From NCBI GenBank assembly GCA_973851085.1, contig OZ316775.1, positions 8,370,001-8,434,000 on the forward strand: 64,000 bases of DNA, given 5' to 3'. Every line of letters starts with the position of its first letter. Positions within the stretch are counted from its first letter, which is position 1. Made by a program: the position numbers and the translations under genes. Shown here piece after piece: positions 1 to 14,508 of the stretch. The notes beneath the pieces were generated by a model that worked only from the letters and a program-made list of their open reading frames with translations, did not search any database and was not told the origin of the DNA. The stretch is from Ptychomitrium polyphyllum (taxonomy: Eukaryota).

Positions 1-368
1 GGGCGTGAATAATGATCATTTTGAAGAGCACTTTAAATGAACAGCCACATATTAATACAACAAAGCAAAACAAACAGCTTTATACACTTGTCCCCTTGCT
101 GGAGCAAGTGTGCTTTTGTGCTGCAACCATGGTTGTGACATCATTTACATCCATTGTTTTGCATGCTCAAACAAGTGCTTCACAAAAAATTATCCTAAAA
201 TGTTAAACAACTATGGTTTTGGTTGCTCATAACTGCAAATTGCAAATTGTGACAAATAAAAGCTTTTTCCTTCCTTTGCAAAGCAACCCTTGATGAACCA
301 CACCTACAACTTTCATGTCATGTTTTACCTTTCAAACTCTCTTTAGTAATTCCTCGCACATCCATCCT

Positions 369-752
369 TGTTATTACGGACATATATATTAGAAACATTT
401 GTAAAGGTTCTTATAAGGTTTGGAAAGCTTCCAAAAAGAAGTTACCTTGTGCTAGGAAACTTCCAAGGAAGTAATTTGAGGTTGCTTGAGTACAAAGCAA
501 GCTTCTCAAGAAACTTCCAAGGTTTGTAATTTTAGTATATATAGGAGTCAAGACTGAAAGGATATTGAGTCGAGACAGTGCATCTCTTGGAATCTAGCTC
601 AGACCCTTCTGGCCTTGTCTTTGTACTTTGATATATTTTTAAATTTCTATTATACCTTGGACATATAGTGGTCCACATTTTGAAATCTTGAAGCCTTGTC
701 TTGTCGTTACTCTGTTTGTAATACTTGTTGCTATATTCACGGGTTATAAACA
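369..752. mobile_element. Candidate solo LTR / LTR fragment
   Basis: 384-bp block starting TGTT and ending AACA, with internal AA(A/G)CTTCCAA repeats and a TATATATAGG box. No matching target-site duplication (ATCCT vs TTAAT). Confidence 0.3.
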
Positions 753-779
753 TTAATCTACTTAAACTATAATTACAAT

Positions 780-1870
780 ATGCATCTTCTTGATGGACCT
801 TCCTACTTTGAATTTGTATTATTCATGCATCTAAATTTGGATTTTGAATTAATATCATATTCAAGTTACTTCTAAATTATATATATTTATTTACATCCAT
901 TATATTCTTCTTTGAGTTTGCACTTTTTCCTTAATTTTTGGATTGTTTATGCAATATATAAACATTTCAATTTTTTAAAAGCAATAATTTGAAATGATAG
1001 TTTACCAAAATTATAACTTCCTTAGTTTGAAACTCCATTGTTTGAAGATGTAATCTATAAAATGAATTGTTTCAAAATTTAAAAAATTCAATCTTAAAAA
1101 TTTATTGTTTTAAATCCATTAGAAGAATATCCAATCAAAGATTTTTAATGTTTTTACTACTATTGAAATTCCAAAAGGAATTTTAAAATTTTTACTTTAA
1201 AATTATTTAAACATATTGATAATAGAAAACAATAATCCAATTTATATGCATGATTCTAAATTATAGTTTACTAAACTTGTTTTTGCATGTCAACCAAAAT
1301 TGACATTGAAGTTGAATTTTATAGCATATCTCCACAAAATACCAAAATTTGAATCAATGACTTATAAATTCAAATTGGATAATGAAAATTGTTTCAATTT
1401 AAAGAAAATTGATTACATTATATTCATTAGCAAGCCTACTAATTTTTTTAGAATATATATGAATTAAGCATTAAGATTTCAATTTTGAAACTTTATGATA
1501 TATTCATGTAGTGCCCAAAAAATACATTATTAAGTGCTTTGGATTTTATTTTTCTTGCAAATTGGATCTAATTAAAATTTACAATTTGTTGATAACAACC
1601 ATGTTCAAGTATTTTAGAATCATGATTATGGATGTATGCTATCCAAATGTTGACCACTTCACTTGCTAACAAATTGTTAAGTAAGTTTTATGTTGATTGC
1701 ACAATCAATTTCCATGCTCTACAATTTTGTCCAACTTGAGTTTGGATATAAAAGCATCATATGTGATAATCTTTGAATTTTCATTCTGAATTCATCTTAA
1801 ATTATTTCTCCTATCACTGCTATTTGTAAATTCAATTCTTTACTCACTCAAAGATATGGAATTTGATTTG
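780..1870 (-). mobile_element. Highly decayed Ty1/copia pol relic (integrase C-terminus to start of RT)
   Basis: Minus strand reads ARKIKSKALNNVFFGH near 1510-1558 (cf. copia KLxSKAxxCIFLGY), then GCK*IY at 881-898 (cf. copia RT GCKWIY/F, TGG>TAA). The IN-before-RT order and ~620 bp spacing fit copia. Many stops. Confidence 0.45.
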
Positions 1871-4800
1871 TTACAAGAATACTTTCAATTATAAATTCTA
1901 AGTGAATTGGTTAAAGGATGAATAAAACTTCATCATGTGCTCCAATAATAAACACAAATGAAGTGAACAAGGGAGTGAAATCATAAATAACGTACTAGGT
2001 GAAAAAGGACCTGGTTTACAAACAAATGTTTTGGGTGGGAAACTAGACCAATTTGCAAATAACTCTGATGTACTACATTATTACAAAAGAATCAGATGTT
2101 TCTCTTTCAAGTTTTTCTCTCAGCAGACCAATGGTTCCCAATATTGCAAAGGCCATCATGCATTGGAAGTACTTGACTGACATGTATTCCATGTCTATTG
2201 GCAGCAGAAGTACAGCTACTTGTTGCTGACAACTGACAACTAAGCTGAACATTGTTTTTAGTATGGCAAGTTGATTATGTTTCATGGTGTTTCATGGTGG
2301 TAAATCACTTTACAAACAATGCTATACAGTGGCTTGTTCCCAAGCTTATAGACATTTAGAGTCAGTGATGCTAGTTTAGTGGTTTTCATTTATTTTTGTT
2401 GCCAGATTTTAGATTTGGTGACACCAAATGCTATTTTTAGTGCGGCTGAGGAAGCACATGTTCGCCACTCAAAGGTAGTGCAAGAGAATTTTTGACGCTG
2501 TGGCACACATTGCAAGGCCTGGCTGTCCTTTCTGGTCTTGGATCAGTTCATGGCAAGCCTCAAGGCAAGCCTCTGAGTGAACAGAAAGTACACATTCCTT
2601 TCAGTCTGCATAGTTCAACAACACCAAGACTATCCATAGCTCAATTGCCATTTGCTTTGGAGAGAATTCATTTCAGGAGCCTGAAATGATGCAGGCTTCC
2701 CTTCATTCAAACTTCCAACAGTGCAACTTCCATTGGTTGCACAAAGTACCCGTCAGCACTTGATAGCAAATGTTGCAACTTGGTACCAGAGCAGCATGCA
2801 TCCAAACACAGCCAGAGACATGAGGCAGAGGATCCTTATTTCGTCATGGACCTTATCCTGTCACAGTGTATAACTACATTGACAGTATGATTGGACTTGA
2901 GAATGAGTTGATATCATTTCCTGAGGTTTCATTAGGAGTGGTGGAAAATTATGTCATACTATTCATATATGAGCTCGCTACTTGCCATTGTTTACACTGT
3001 TCATATTGTATTGTTCTACCACTAAGCATGTTGTTTATACCCCCAAAAAAGCAGCCTTTGGAAATTTGTGCATTTTTTTCCAATAGATACAATGCTTACA
3101 TCAATGTGAAGACTCCATTTCTAATTGGATACTGGGTCAAATTTTTTGATCTTCTTAATTGAGAAAAACATATACTGATATTTTGTGTCTCACAAAATTC
3201 AAATAGTTTCATTGTTGAGATGTAATGTTAACCATACTAAATCACATTTTAAGTGATGTCAAGATGTCAAATTTAAAATAAAAATTTATTATAAATCATA
3301 ATGAAATTACGTCCTTATCATAATTAAAATTTTCCGTAAGATCTTTATTTACTTTATATGAGAAATTTTATAAAGAACCCCGATTTTTGAAATAGACTTG
3401 GATAAAAAAGGTTCAACTTTATTAGATATTTCAACTATATTAAACCATGATTTTTTTATCTTTAATGACATAATAAAAGTGTTCACTAATATTAGTTTTA
3501 AGATAAATAACTCAAAAATCAATATCAATTAATCAAACGTTATCTTTATTTTCAATAGCAAATAATCCAAGGCTTGGCATTATATTAATATGGCTCGTCC
3601 AAAATTAAAGATAGAATTCTTTCACGTTTCATATGTTCAAATTTTTATTAAAAGACGGTGTTTATGTCACTTCATGATATGCATGATTATTTAGGATGTT
3701 TAAATAAAAAATGAATGGATTTTATTTATATTCTTTTTTGGAAGAGCTTAATTATATCATACAAAAAGCACATTGTTATATTATAGCAATGATTTTGAAT
3801 TTTGATACAATTATTTTAAATCATGCAATAATATTTATGACAAATACATCTTCACGTACAATATCATAATTGAAGCATACTAAATTATAAAATTAAAATT
3901 TAATATTCATGTACTTTCAAATATATTAAATTTATGTTGTATTGAATTTACAAGGCAATGCTTAAAATTCATAATTTGTTTATTTCTTAAATAAATTCAC
4001 ATACATAGAGAGCAATTTGATGGAAAATGAACATCAAAGTATACTAAGTCAATTGTAATTCTTATAGTTCTTCCATGAAATTGGTCTTTTCATATTGAAA
4101 TTCATTAAAAAAATCACATAATGTTTAAAATAAAATAGGTTTTAAAAAAAAATCTTAAATTCTATTAAAAAAAATAATGGTTCAAATTTAATAAACCAAA
4201 TTGAAGGGTTCAAATAATGGAGGAGTATGATTGATGCTTGACCAAATCTTATAATACAACCTTTGATGTATTTCATTGCTTTTTACCTTCTTGAATTTTG
4301 CTAAATATATTGTTATTGTAAATTGAATAGCAATTAAGGATATTGTGAACTGATTGAAATAAATACTAAAAAAGAAATATAAAATGTATTTTTTAACTTG
4401 TATGATCATGATTTGTGTAACTATCATCATCAATCAATATGAAATAAAATGTCATCACTTATTTAACAACTTCTTAATAGGAGGTACAAGTAGACCTATA
4501 TACCTTTGCCATATCACACCCTCCTTCACACCTAACCCCTAAAGTGGTGATCAGTTAAAACCTAATGCAGGCACGGACTGCACGGACTAACACTGGCTAA
4601 TTAATTACAGATGCTAATCAACTAAGAGAGCTTTTTATGCATAGAAGAACGCCAATAAAAGTAACCACACGAACCCATTAGAGAGTAGAATGCCAAAGTT
4701 AGAAATAAATGAGCCTTCGACGAAGTGCATACTCAAAACAGTCACTGTACCTAAAACCGACAAGATCTACGCAGGTTGTAGACGTGAGAAATTAAACTGT

Positions 4801-6679
4801 AGGTGCGTGGTAGATGGCATGGGTTTGGGAACGCAGACATAGGTCAAGCCGGGGGCAGAGAGTGACGAACCTGCTGAGCTGTGGCTGGGGAGCCGGGAGG
4901 GTGGCCTTGCCGAGGCTGCCTTGGGTTTCTGTTCCGGCGACGAAGCTCCTCATATCGCTCCTAACAAAAGCTTATTCTGTATATCTCTCTCTCTCTCTTT
5001 AGCTTATTAGCTTAGCTTGGCTTAGCTTAGTAGCCCTTGCTCGTTGCCTCTGTTTCTGTTTGCTCTTTTTCATGGCGCTCTGTCCGCACGGGCAAGCTCC
5101 TCCGCTGCAGCGCTGCCTATTTGCGCCCAACGGAAAGCTCCCGCCTGCCATTCAATCCACATGCGCTCCGCATTTATTGTGCTCTCCCCCCAGGTCAAAC
5201 CGAGTTAGGCAGCCTCGCTCCGAGTCTTCATCTCTTTTCCTCGTGAGCTAACGCAGCGCAACTAGCAACCGTCGTCGTCGTTCAATTATTCGCGTCTCTG
5301 CTTAGGAGCTTTGAACGCGAGGTGCAAGCGGAGGAGCGGTCGTTTTCTGGCTTTAGGAGCGTGGGAGGCTGTGTAGCGGCCATCACATGTTTGTGGTAAT
5401 TGTCGAGGTTTCCAGTCGGCGTTTCCGACATTGGACGGGCTTGGCGGGAGGTGGAGGAGGAAATCTAGGCGAGAGTGAGACGCGATGGGAGCGCACATCC
5501 AGTGTGGCTGTGGTGCCATCGAGGTTTGTTCTTATCCGGTAGCTAGGCGCGGCTCGGCTGCGTTGTCCTTTTGAGGCGTGAGGAAATGTAGGTTTTCGTG
5601 CGTCTTCGGGAAAGTGTGTTCAGTTTTTTGACGATGTGGTGAGAGGTGGAGTGTTCGATTGATCCTGTGGATGCACTTCCGTTTGGTGTACAATGTGATT
5701 CTCGCTTTGGCTAATGCCGTCGTTGTGCGTGGCTGCGCCCTGAGAAGAAGGACTAAAAATGATTAAATTCTAGTCCTAGGTTTGTTTGTTTGTTTGAAAA
5801 AAATGATTGTCTTGCACATTAAGGTCAGGTTTGAGTTTTGTCATTGCTTGGGAGTAAGGTGGTGTACGTTCTAGGGAATTCTCATACGGAACTGCAGCAG
5901 TTTGTTACTTCGCGGGCGGAGATTAGCAAAGTAGATTTGGAGCTTACGGTTGCGCGATGTAGCAAGTCATGTAGGTATTCCTTAGATGGAGAAGAGCCAA
6001 AACGTAAAGCGTTACTAGATTTTTTCTCGAAAGTACCTCGGCATTTAGCTTACAGTGTAGTGTCGTCGTCAGACGTTGCTGAGTAACGAAATGCCACTCA
6101 ATCTGATAGGGAGGTAGAATACGGAAAATGTTGAATGATTAAGGTTACTCTTGGTGGAGATACTACTGTAGTGAGGCTTCTGACTTTCGGAAATTGAACG
6201 ATAGTCGCATTTAGGATTTAACGCTACTTGATGCCTTCTGTACGGGACAAACTTTGGTAGTGGATGGTTGATTTTCTTGGTAGGCGCATTTACTAACTAT
6301 AGCGTGCTTTTAAAGGCATGAACTTTTTTTATTTTATCAAATTGAAGTGATAGCTATGGCACAATCCAAAATAATCAAAGTAGCTTAGGATGGTGATCTG
6401 TCACTCCTGTTTCATTGAAGGAAGAATTTGCCTTACGTACCACTCTTGGGAATTCTCATAGGCCCGGTGGTGAACCAGGTCTGTGATTTGACTGCCCACT
6501 TACAAGTACTGACGTTTCAAGAATTGTGTCTCAAAGGAGGAAGAAGCTGCCGGCCGCCGGGAGTCTCGTTTGGGAAAGTGACATCGACGCTTGCTAAGAC
6601 ATCGTAGTGTAGGAAATGTGAAGGATTTGTTTTCTACGTTCGTCGTTTGACGTGAAAAGGTGTCTCGTAGTCCCTGAAA

Positions 6680-9600
6680 ATGAGATCCGGTACGCGATAC
6701 TATATACTTTGTTTTTAACATGTCGTACTTCTTTCCCGTCGTATCACATCCATCAGAAGATCATTTAGGAGCCAATGATATCTAATGTAAGCAAAATAAT
6801 GTCAATTTTAGATAGGAGCTTTCACTCCCAACTTTCCCTTCAACATGAGTTTCTTACTTCCAGTATCCTGCAATTCTCGGGCTCTCATCAAGCATACAGT
6901 GTATTAGAGTGATCGCTTTACGATTTTGCTGCTAACTTCGTTTTGTGTTCAGGACGGCGCGTCAAATCCGGGGAAGGGTCGTCGTCCAGGTCCGAAAGGT
7001 GGAAGGAGAAGGGTGAAGAAAGTTTTCGCCAATCCGGTCTAGGTATGTATTTAGCTACATCGGTCCGCTTTGCAAATAAGTTTGGCATTGCCAAGCTCTG
7101 TTCCATATTGTAATCGTGCAAGGACGAGAGGCCTTAGTCGGGGAATCTTTGGAATGCGTCCATTTTCTGTCGTGTTTAATTAGGATTGTGTCGCGGTCAC
7201 GAGAGTTTCCATACTTGCGAAAGCTTAATGTATGATCGAAGTGTAGTGTCGCGGTACTTATTGCAATATTTGCAGCCAACGTTGATCCTGTACTTTTCTG
7301 TTGAGGTACGCATGGAGTCCTATAGTAGGTGATCTCTGCAAGTGGCAGAATCTGTGAGTCCGATCATGCAAATGCAGCTACCTTTAGTTTACATAATATA
7401 TCCAATTTTAATAGTGATGATGATTAGTAACCTATTTTTTACCATGGCAGAGGGACTCAAGGAATTCTCCCGCAAACTCGTGAATGTTGATGCATTTGTT
7501 ACTGAGATTCAAGAATGGATTGAAGAGAAGCTTCAGGTTCTTCCTTCAGGAAAAACAAAATTTCATTCTTCTTTTCAAGTTGATCAGCTTCGAACACTCG
7601 ATTATGCATTAGTCGGTGTTTCCTTTCAGCAGCTGCTTCGAATGCCGGTTTCGCAATCATATGCGTCCGTACCAGGTAAACCATTTTGTCAGTGCAACTA
7701 CTCCCTTACTTCAGATGGCATATTAATGTAGATAGATGTTGCAGATTACTGATATTGAGGTGTCTGATTTTTTACGCCTCTACTTGCAGAGCCTGCCGTG
7801 TATCTTGCTGTGGAAGATTTTATGCATACAGCAACACAACGGCTATGGGAGACGTTTTGGGATGCCCCTGAAGAACCAGAGAATATGCCTTTTTACATTA
7901 TGGGCCCACATACCTCTGCTTCAGAAGCCCTTTCGGTATGCTCATTCCACAATATTTTGTGCTGTTCAATTGTAGTGTAAGGCTTTGTTTTACTTACTTT
8001 CGACTTCGACAAACTGATTAATTGCTTCATTTTATAATGGCTGGATTTCGCTAAGTTATATGGAGGACTTTGACGGCTATTACTTAGTATCTTAGAACTT
8101 TAAATCAAAAAATTTCTTTGTGAGAATCAGCTCAATATTACTGCAGGTTTTGCTTCACTTGGTTAGTTTTAAGTATAGAGTTTGAGAATCAGCGTTTCAG
8201 ATTCAAAAGTCGAACCAGTTAAGTGATGATGATACACGATGTTATTTGGCTCTGCATGTATAGCATTGTCTGTGCAGCTTTATTTATGGACGGATGTACA
8301 TGAAATATCTACAGGCACTAGTTTTGGATAAGACCAGTTCAAGAGGGTCAGGGGGAACACTGCCTGGAGCTGCTATTATTGCCAAAAATGGTTCCGGTGG
8401 AGGTGGAGGACATGTTTTATGGGACCATGTTGCTGCTTTTGTCGAAGTTAGGGACGACGTTACTACTTCCAAGGGGTTGCAATCGGTCCCTTCTCTAGAG
8501 GTTATTGGGCGTGCGCTTTTTCATGGTCTTTTGATGCTTACGTCACGACCTCTAGCTAGGAAACCATTCATTCATTACAATGGAGATACGGCCTACGTTT
8601 TATTTGTGAATTCAAGACAAGGTGGGGTTGTGAGGCTGAAGGGAGATGTTTCAAAATTGGAAACCAACAGAGACAATGTCTATGTGTGTGCTGCTGAATG
8701 GATTAAGGAGCATGTGGAAGTTACGGTGTCTCCAGTGGAACAAGTATGGAATAGATTTGGTAACGCAAATTGGGGAGACATAGGTGCAATGCAGCTACTA
8801 CTGGCAATTTTCCATTCAATTGAACAGTGCCGAGGTCCGCCAAGGAATCCACTTGCAGAGATGGCAGCTCTGCATAACGAAAGAGTACAGCATAGACTTA
8901 TTGAACAACGTCAGAGTCTGGAGATGCAAGAATCGGGTGAAACTGGATCCTCACAGCGCAGCAACTCCCTTCAACGCAGCAGCCGGCGCGAAAGTCTTGA
9001 GATAGAGGAAGAAGAGGAGGTTAGAAACGAAAATCCTCGATGCTAGTGTTCCAAGTTTGGTCCCCGTGTTTTTTGAGGATGGATGGTTTGTTCTTGTGCT
9101 TCAATCTATTTGAGTCTCTGGTGAATTGAATTGATGATTGTAGAGTGTGAGGGAGCTTTTACACCGCGATTTTGTTATTTGAGCTTGAATTTAGAAATGT
9201 TGTTGAATTTTCTTCTCTCTTCTTTCTTCTTTCTTGTATGCTTATGTCCTTTTGATAGGGAATTCTGATAATGTATTTGAGATCTCCCTTTTTTGGGGAC
9301 CTGAGGTGCCCAGCTTCTAGGTATCCGGACCAGATGAAAGCTACTGGTGATGAAAATCTTTAGAGATTTGAAAATTCCAGCTGCAATTTCATGTTAAACA
9401 GTTCTATATTTTCTTTGCGAAAGGTTGGATTTGGTAATCTTTTTATAAATTGCTACTGCCACAGGAGATTGAGACCAGGGACAATCGACGTGCCCCTGAT
9501 CATATTATGAAGCTTGAACCTGGCACTATTTTATGGCTTGAAGATGCTCATTGGCAACGAGGATTCCAAATTCATGAGCAACTAGGGAGAGGGTATTCTT

Positions 9601-10780
9601 CTGTATACAGTGCGATTTCTTTGGACGAAGTGGGAAAACCTCTGGCGGTCCATGTTGGGGCACATCCCTCTCAATTGGAGCCTTCTTGGGAAGATATGAG
9701 CACATGGTATCAGGTTTGTTCTTTCTCCAATTGCCCTTTCTTCCCAGAACGTAGTATTCTTGTGATGTCTGAGTGTTTTATTGATAAAATACTGAAAGCT
9801 TGAATTACAATTTACTTTTGATCACACCCGTGCTTGGTGATTTATGGTTATTCAGAATGTCAAGTTTCTCCTGAGTAGATCTATATTATGACCGTAGCCA
9901 TGATTTCAGCGATCTTCTCTTGTCATAGTCTTACCCGTACTAATGGAATTACTAAATTGACACAACGAATGTGTGCCAGGTTCAGAGGCAGACACGGGTG
10001 TTAAATATAATGAAACAGCGGGGGGTTTCTAGCAAATATCTAACTCAGATTATTGCATCCGGCAGACTTATGCACCCAGGGCCGTGTTCAAAAAAGAGTC
10101 CTACAAGTCGTTGTGATCATCCCTGGTGTGGGACTCCTGTTCTGGTCACAGCCCCTATTGGAGAAACTGTTGATTTGGTTGTTGAAAGAGAAGGTTTGTT
10201 TCCTGTTGAAGAAGCTCTTCGGATATGCCATGATTGTCTATCAGCATTGAGAAGTGCAAGCTCGATTGGGATACAACATGGAGATATCACCCCGGATCAT
10301 GTCATTCGAGTGACAGGAAGTGATGGGGACTACTATTATGTTCTATCCGATTGGGGTCATGCTGTTCTAGAAGAAAGAGATAGTCCCGCTTTGTCTCCAC
10401 AGTTTTCGTCTACAGCAGCTTTACAAGATGGAAAACTCTTTCCCGCTTCTGACACAGAGAGTTTAGTATACCTCCTTTATTATATCTGTGGGGGGCTCAT
10501 TCCAGAATTCGATAGTATGGAAGCTGCTTTACAATGGAGGGATAGGGTATGGGCCCGGCGAATTATCCAACAGCAGTTAGGCGAGGTCTCTGCTGTCCTG
10601 AAGGCTTTCGCAGATTATGTAGACACGCTCTGTGGCACTCCCTATCCTGTTGATTATGACATTTGGCTACATCGCTTGGCGCGAGCACTCAGTATTGATC
10701 CTAGTAAGAATGAATTTTCATCTGGTCGTCTGGAGTTTATGGCTGAATCTTCTGGAACCTCTGCACCTTCAGTAAGCTGA
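6680..10780 (+). CDS. Plant-specific atypical protein-kinase-like protein (recalled as At2g40980-like), ~741 aa, 7 coding exons
   Basis: Phase-consistent GT-AG model: 6680-6689, 6953-7042, 7451-7675, 7790-7935, 8315-9019, 9465-9713, 9980-10780. Family motifs FQQLLRMP, YLAVEDF, VWNRFGNANWGDIG, VGAHPSQLEPSWEDMSTWYQVQRQT, CDHPWCGTP, QHGDI, IQQQLGEVSAVLKAFADYVD. The first two small exons are less certain. Confidence 0.85.
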
Positions 10781-13700
10781 GTTAACCACCATCGTGATTC
10801 CTTCACTACTTTCTTGCGAAGGAGTAGCAAAGGCTACGGTGAAATCGTGAGAAAAAGACAGTGTAATTCCAGTTCAATGGCTCAGCTAGTGTGGCTGTTC
10901 TAAACTCAAAGACCATCGGGTGGTGAGGGGCTCGCCTTCTGAGTGATTGGTTCGTAACTGATGTCAGGTTTACTTCATCCTTATACTCTCAAACCAGCAG
11001 GCTGCATGCAGGCTAGGTACCATAAGCTATGCACTATTTTTCTTTCTATGGGTTGGTTCACTTTATGCAGCTCTAAGCGCGCGATTGACAAGCTGGCACA
11101 TGAAATACTTTCACTAGTTGGTATTAGGTGAAGCTGCTGTAAGTAGTACAGATTTTTTCTTAGGAGTTTAGAGTGAAAAGTAATAACTTCCCTCGCAGGC
11201 TTGACCTGTAGATTTTCCAGTCATTAATAGTTGAGGTGTCCGTATTTGGATTGTGATATCTATTTATTCTATTGCGGATCGGCAGCATTTGCCATAGTGC
11301 TCGGAAAGAATTTAGGTTGCCCTCTTGTTCTGATGGAGGTGGTAAGGTAGGGATTCTACAGCTGTCAGAATTTTGCGCGTGTTGACCAAGACATCCTGGC
11401 GGGGTTAATTTCTCAACAACTCATGTTGCACATCCGTTGGAGATATTGGCAAATCTTTGGAATCTTTTTATTCTAGTCTGTTCTGCTGGTGAAGGACGAG
11501 GATACCTTGAAGTCCTGCTTAAGTGGTAACATGTTTGGTACCACAGTCTAGACAAAGTCACCATGGATGGGAGGAATTCGTATTAGGGTATGTATCTGGA
11601 AATACATCTTTTCCTACCAAACACTATTGATTTGCGGAAGTCAAGTACTCTAAATTACTATGTTTAACCTTCGATGCACTAAGTTTAATCCGCAGTGTTA
11701 ACATAAATCAGATTGTCTTGCCGTTCATTTCAATATAACAAAGAGTATGTAGAATTTCTAACTCCTGCGTATGTTAGTGGTTTCAAGCCTTCACTAATTT
11801 CGCCTTTTAATTTACTATGTCTGAACGTTGCTCTCCATGCAGGTTTCAGGAAACATGCCACGGAATCAAATGTGACAATTTCTAGGATGCTTGAGGTAGC
11901 TGGTCACAAATGTGTCACTTGTTCAGTTTTCTTATTGACCAGTCGTCTAATTACAAGACCAAGGTAAACAACTCTAGTCGACTATGTTGCAGGGTAAAGT
12001 AGCGCTGGCTGCATGTTTTAATCGAGGTGCCTTTGTATCATAGGAGTGCAATGTTAGGGGTGTAAGATAGCTGGAAAGGTCGTTTCCTATCTGGATTCTA
12101 GATAGGATATTTCAATTCGGGTTTTGACTATTTTTCAAGAGGTGATACTGGTAAACAATGTATTTTAATAAGAAACCTTTTCTTGATATGCTGAAGTACT
12201 GTGCATGAGAATGTGTTGTTTTGAAGCCTTAGGATATTCGCTTATTGGATTGAAGTGTAGTAGTTGCTTGTACAAAATTGTGCTAGTTAGCGTTTCTTTT
12301 TGTAAAAATTCTATTTTCTGATTATCTCCATCTGTCTGCTTGTAAATAATTAGTCACAATACTGTTTTCATTGGACTATACATGTGGGCAATGCAGACCT
12401 CTCTTATGACTGACGGTATCTATCTAGTCGAGGATTATAATTTCCTTTGTCAAAGTAAATTACAATGACTATCAATATAGATTTATCACTTTAAAACCAA
12501 TATTATGTTTTTGAAGGACTGGAATGGAAATCAAAAACATTTATTTACGCCCTTCACTGTGGATCATACTAACTCCAGTATCCAGTACTAATTGGAAGTT
12601 ATAGTTAGTGTCAAGTGACTCACAAGTGTAGAAAAAAGAGTATCCATTCAAAAGTTGACTTCGGTGTTCTTCTATTTCTACATTAAATTTTCTCCGCATC
12701 ATCAATATTATTAATATGATTTCAGTGCTCCAGGAAAGATCGTAGTGCAACGGGGGGTAAATTACAACAAGATCTATTTTCTTTAAAAATTGAATTTGAT
12801 TGGTATTCTGACGTAGGAGTTCAGAACAGCTGTTATATCTCGTCAACATGATTGTCATTGCAATTTTCCTTTTAACAAAAGAAAAATTAAATAAAGACAA
12901 GGACAATAGGTTCAAAAAGGATGAACAACAAATTATCTGAGGCTAGGAGTAATCAAAACAAACACAAAACAAAAAAAGAAAGTATGGAAAAAAAAATGAC
13001 AAAGATTGTGTAAGAATGATTGTTGATTTCATTGAGTGGAATCAGCTTTAACGTAGAGTTAGGTGTCAGGTAGCCCATTTTCATTTGATAGTTTATCAAC
13101 AATTTTAGTACAGAAAAAAATCTTGCAGTAGTATTAGAGTTTCAATAGCATACTTGAAGCATTTGAAAGGGGCCAAAAAGGAACAGATTGTTTGTCACTA
13201 AGCATGACAGTGTCCTGAAGGATCGGATATAATGTTCAGCCCTTTACTTGTGTTCTTGGCTTTGGCTTGGAACATCTCTAACAGAACACAATCAAATAGT
13301 GGTCTGTTTACATTTCAGAAGAGTACAATCAATACCAAAGTGGTATATCGAATTTCTGTAAATTGAATACAAGGGGAGGCAAATAGGAGGACAACGATGC
13401 GCTTCCATCTTTTAACCTAACACGCTACCCCGTAAAGTTTTGTTGCCTAATTTTCGTACTCCTACAGGCTAGCTCCCACTGCAGCAGTCGCGTTCTGTAC
13501 AGAATTTGCACATTCACCTAGGCAAAGTGTACCGTTGCAGCTTCTACAACACCACCGGCGAGTATTTACAAAGGACATCTGCGGAGGAGATAGTGGTACA
13601 CATCATAATTGCTACACCCCTAAGATTCAGTGCAAGTCTAGACACTAACCCGAAATTTTGTGAGTATGACTTGTTTAATAATGCCGCCCATAGCAAAGCA

Positions 13701-14508
13701 CCTCCACTCACTATGAGGCAAAAACATTCAAGAAATGTGATGTCTGAGCAACCGGCAGATTTAGTTTCTTCACAATGAACATACTGAAACATAAAACGAA
13801 GCAGCTTCAATAGCAATTTTGGTAAACATTACAAATGGAGAGTACATGACCTTAATTGTGATCAGATGACCGTCAAACTACGACGTCGAAAATTTATATT
13901 CTGCATCGTACGTTAATTTTACATCCTGAGCAATAGAACACTTTCCTACGAGAGTTTTACAACACAACATAGATCAGAAACTGTCCCCAAACTTAAAATT
14001 CACAAAGCTCAACGATTTTATCGCAATGCGGAAAATAAAACCACAGGGTACAAGTCTCAATGAGCGCCCTGCAACAGATTTTTGCCCAGACAAAAATATG
14101 CGCTTTACAGCTGAAGCACTCCTTAGAATCCCAAAGTATAGTGCGGCAATAGTAGTCGCATATAGTATACAATCTAGGAACAGACTCTGTTCTAATCTGC
14201 AAAAGAAAGCCCAACATCAAGAGGCAAATATCAGAAAGGATAGAAAACTACAAATTTTCATTTCAAGATTTAATTACACTGCTTAAGTCTCCATGCCGAG
14301 GGAAAGAATAACGCAAAAACAAATTAAGAATACAGCTCGTCGACATCAACACAAGAGCATTTCAAACAGAGAAGAAAATACAATTTGTAACATAGTAACA
14401 GAATAAAGTCGGAAAAATAGCTATACAGATGGAAATAGACAATTAGAAAGTAAGCGGAGGATCAAACGAGTGATCATCATACCAGCTTAAAGAATTAAAC
14501 ATGCAGCT

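Noticed and set aside
2073..2900. Moderately GC-richer island with exon-like boundaries within AT-rich DNA
   Set aside because: Stops in all frames and no motif I could assign; possibly a pseudogene or TE fragment but unsupported.
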